In this document: positions 1 to 61,674 of the stretch, in pieces | How the letters are laid out: each line of letters opens with the position of its first letter | Numbering within the stretch: the stretch's first letter is position 1 | Assembly: GCF_006345805.1 (NCBI RefSeq) | Contig: NW_021834616.1 | Span: 1 to 61,674 of the forward strand | DNA: 61,674 nt | Reading direction: 5' to 3' | Source: Octopus sinensis | Taxonomy: Eukaryota | The notes under the pieces: generated by a model | Told to the model about the DNA's origin: nothing | The model's database searches: none | What the model saw: only the letters and a program-made list of their open reading frames with translations | Program-made: the position numbers and the translations under genes

Positions 1-438
1 GGGAAATTTCGAACCTGGTTTCTCATTCCTAAGGTATTCTTCAATATTATTATAATTATTATTATTATTATTATTATTAATATTGTTCAGGTCACTGCTT
101 GGAATCGAACTTGGATTCTTGGGATTAGTAGCCGCGCTCTTAACCACTACACCATATGCTGCATTGCATCACTACTGTTCCTAGCTTGTAAATGTGGAGG
201 TGTGTGGCTTAGTGGTTAAGGTGTAGGACTTGTGATTGTAAGATTGTGGTTTCAATTCTTTACTGGGCAATGTGTTATAGTCTTGGGCAAAACACTTCAT
301 TTCACATTGCTCCAATCAGGGGGAATTTATACGGCATGGAAGCCAAGAAACCAGCCCCTATGAGCTGGCATGACTCGAGAAAGTAAATGCCTAACTTAAC
401 AGAATTTGAACTCAGACTTTAGAGATGGATAAATTATG

Positions 439-485
<47 letters not shown>

Positions 486-486
<1 letters not shown>

Positions 487-640
487 GTTTCAAATTTTGC
501 CACAAGGGCAGCAATTCTGGGTGAGTGAACGAGTCGATTACATTGACCCCAGTGTGTAACTGGTACTTAATTTATCAACCCCAAAAGGATGAAGGGCAAA
601 GTCGGTCTCAGCAGAATTTGAACTCAGACTGTAAAGACGA
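486..640 (-). mobile_element. SINE-A copy (tRNA-derived head, GCCTTTCATCC..GTCGATAAA..GTACCAG core, (ATT)n tail)
   Basis: Reverse complement of the core at 545-630 with (AAT)n at 437-485; matches many other copies in the window. Confidence 0.8.
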
Positions 641-711
641 ATGAATAATAATAATGATAATAACAATAATAATAACAATAATAATCATCATCATAATTTG
701 TCAATACTTAC

Positions 712-61465
<60,754 letters not shown>

Positions 61466-61522
61466 CTGAAAAACAGAAATGGTGGGAAATGATATAGAGA
61501 CAGGTTTAGTATATGTGCACAT

Positions 61523-61553
<31 letters not shown>

Positions 61554-61674
61554 CAGACACACACACACAAATACATACACTCACACGGACAAACTAGCAC
61601 ACACAAACACATAAACATACACATACACACAAATACACGCATACATGCACACATATACATGCACACACATACAC

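Overview
AT-rich, microsatellite- and SINE-saturated animal DNA; the repeat families and (TA)n/(CA)n/(TATG)n/(AAT)n load point to an octopus genome (inference, species not determinable). The whole window lies inside one gene on the minus strand: slit, the secreted Robo ligand. I found by hand 21 GT-AG coding exons (labelled W1-W21 in transcription order, 61465 down to 712; 1992 nt, 664 codons, about 3% of the window). They splice into one open frame running from the last LRR of domain D1 through D2 and D3 into D4; the gene continues beyond both edges. Almost none of the supplied ORFs are real: most are translated microsatellites, and the true exons are too short for the track. Introns hold several tRNA-derived SINE families (working labels A, B, C, D, F), RTE-LINE 3' relics, Tc1/mariner, piggyBac-like and Helentron-like non-autonomous elements, fold-back MITEs and Penelope-like terminal fragments. 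Best leads: (1) a series of Penelope-type minimal hammerhead ribozyme motifs, including one with an intact core and perfect 6-bp stem I on the slit sense strand about 240 nt upstream of exon W17; (2) the 66-nt, 3-Cys exon W17 between D3 and D4, which restores even cysteine parity to D3; (3) a strong family-specific orientation bias of SINE-A; (4) an inverted SINE-B pair bracketing the five symmetric LRR exons of D3; (5) a candidate in-frame Pro-rich cassette exon inside D2. Repeat boundaries and copy counts are by eye and approximate; exon coordinates were checked base by base.
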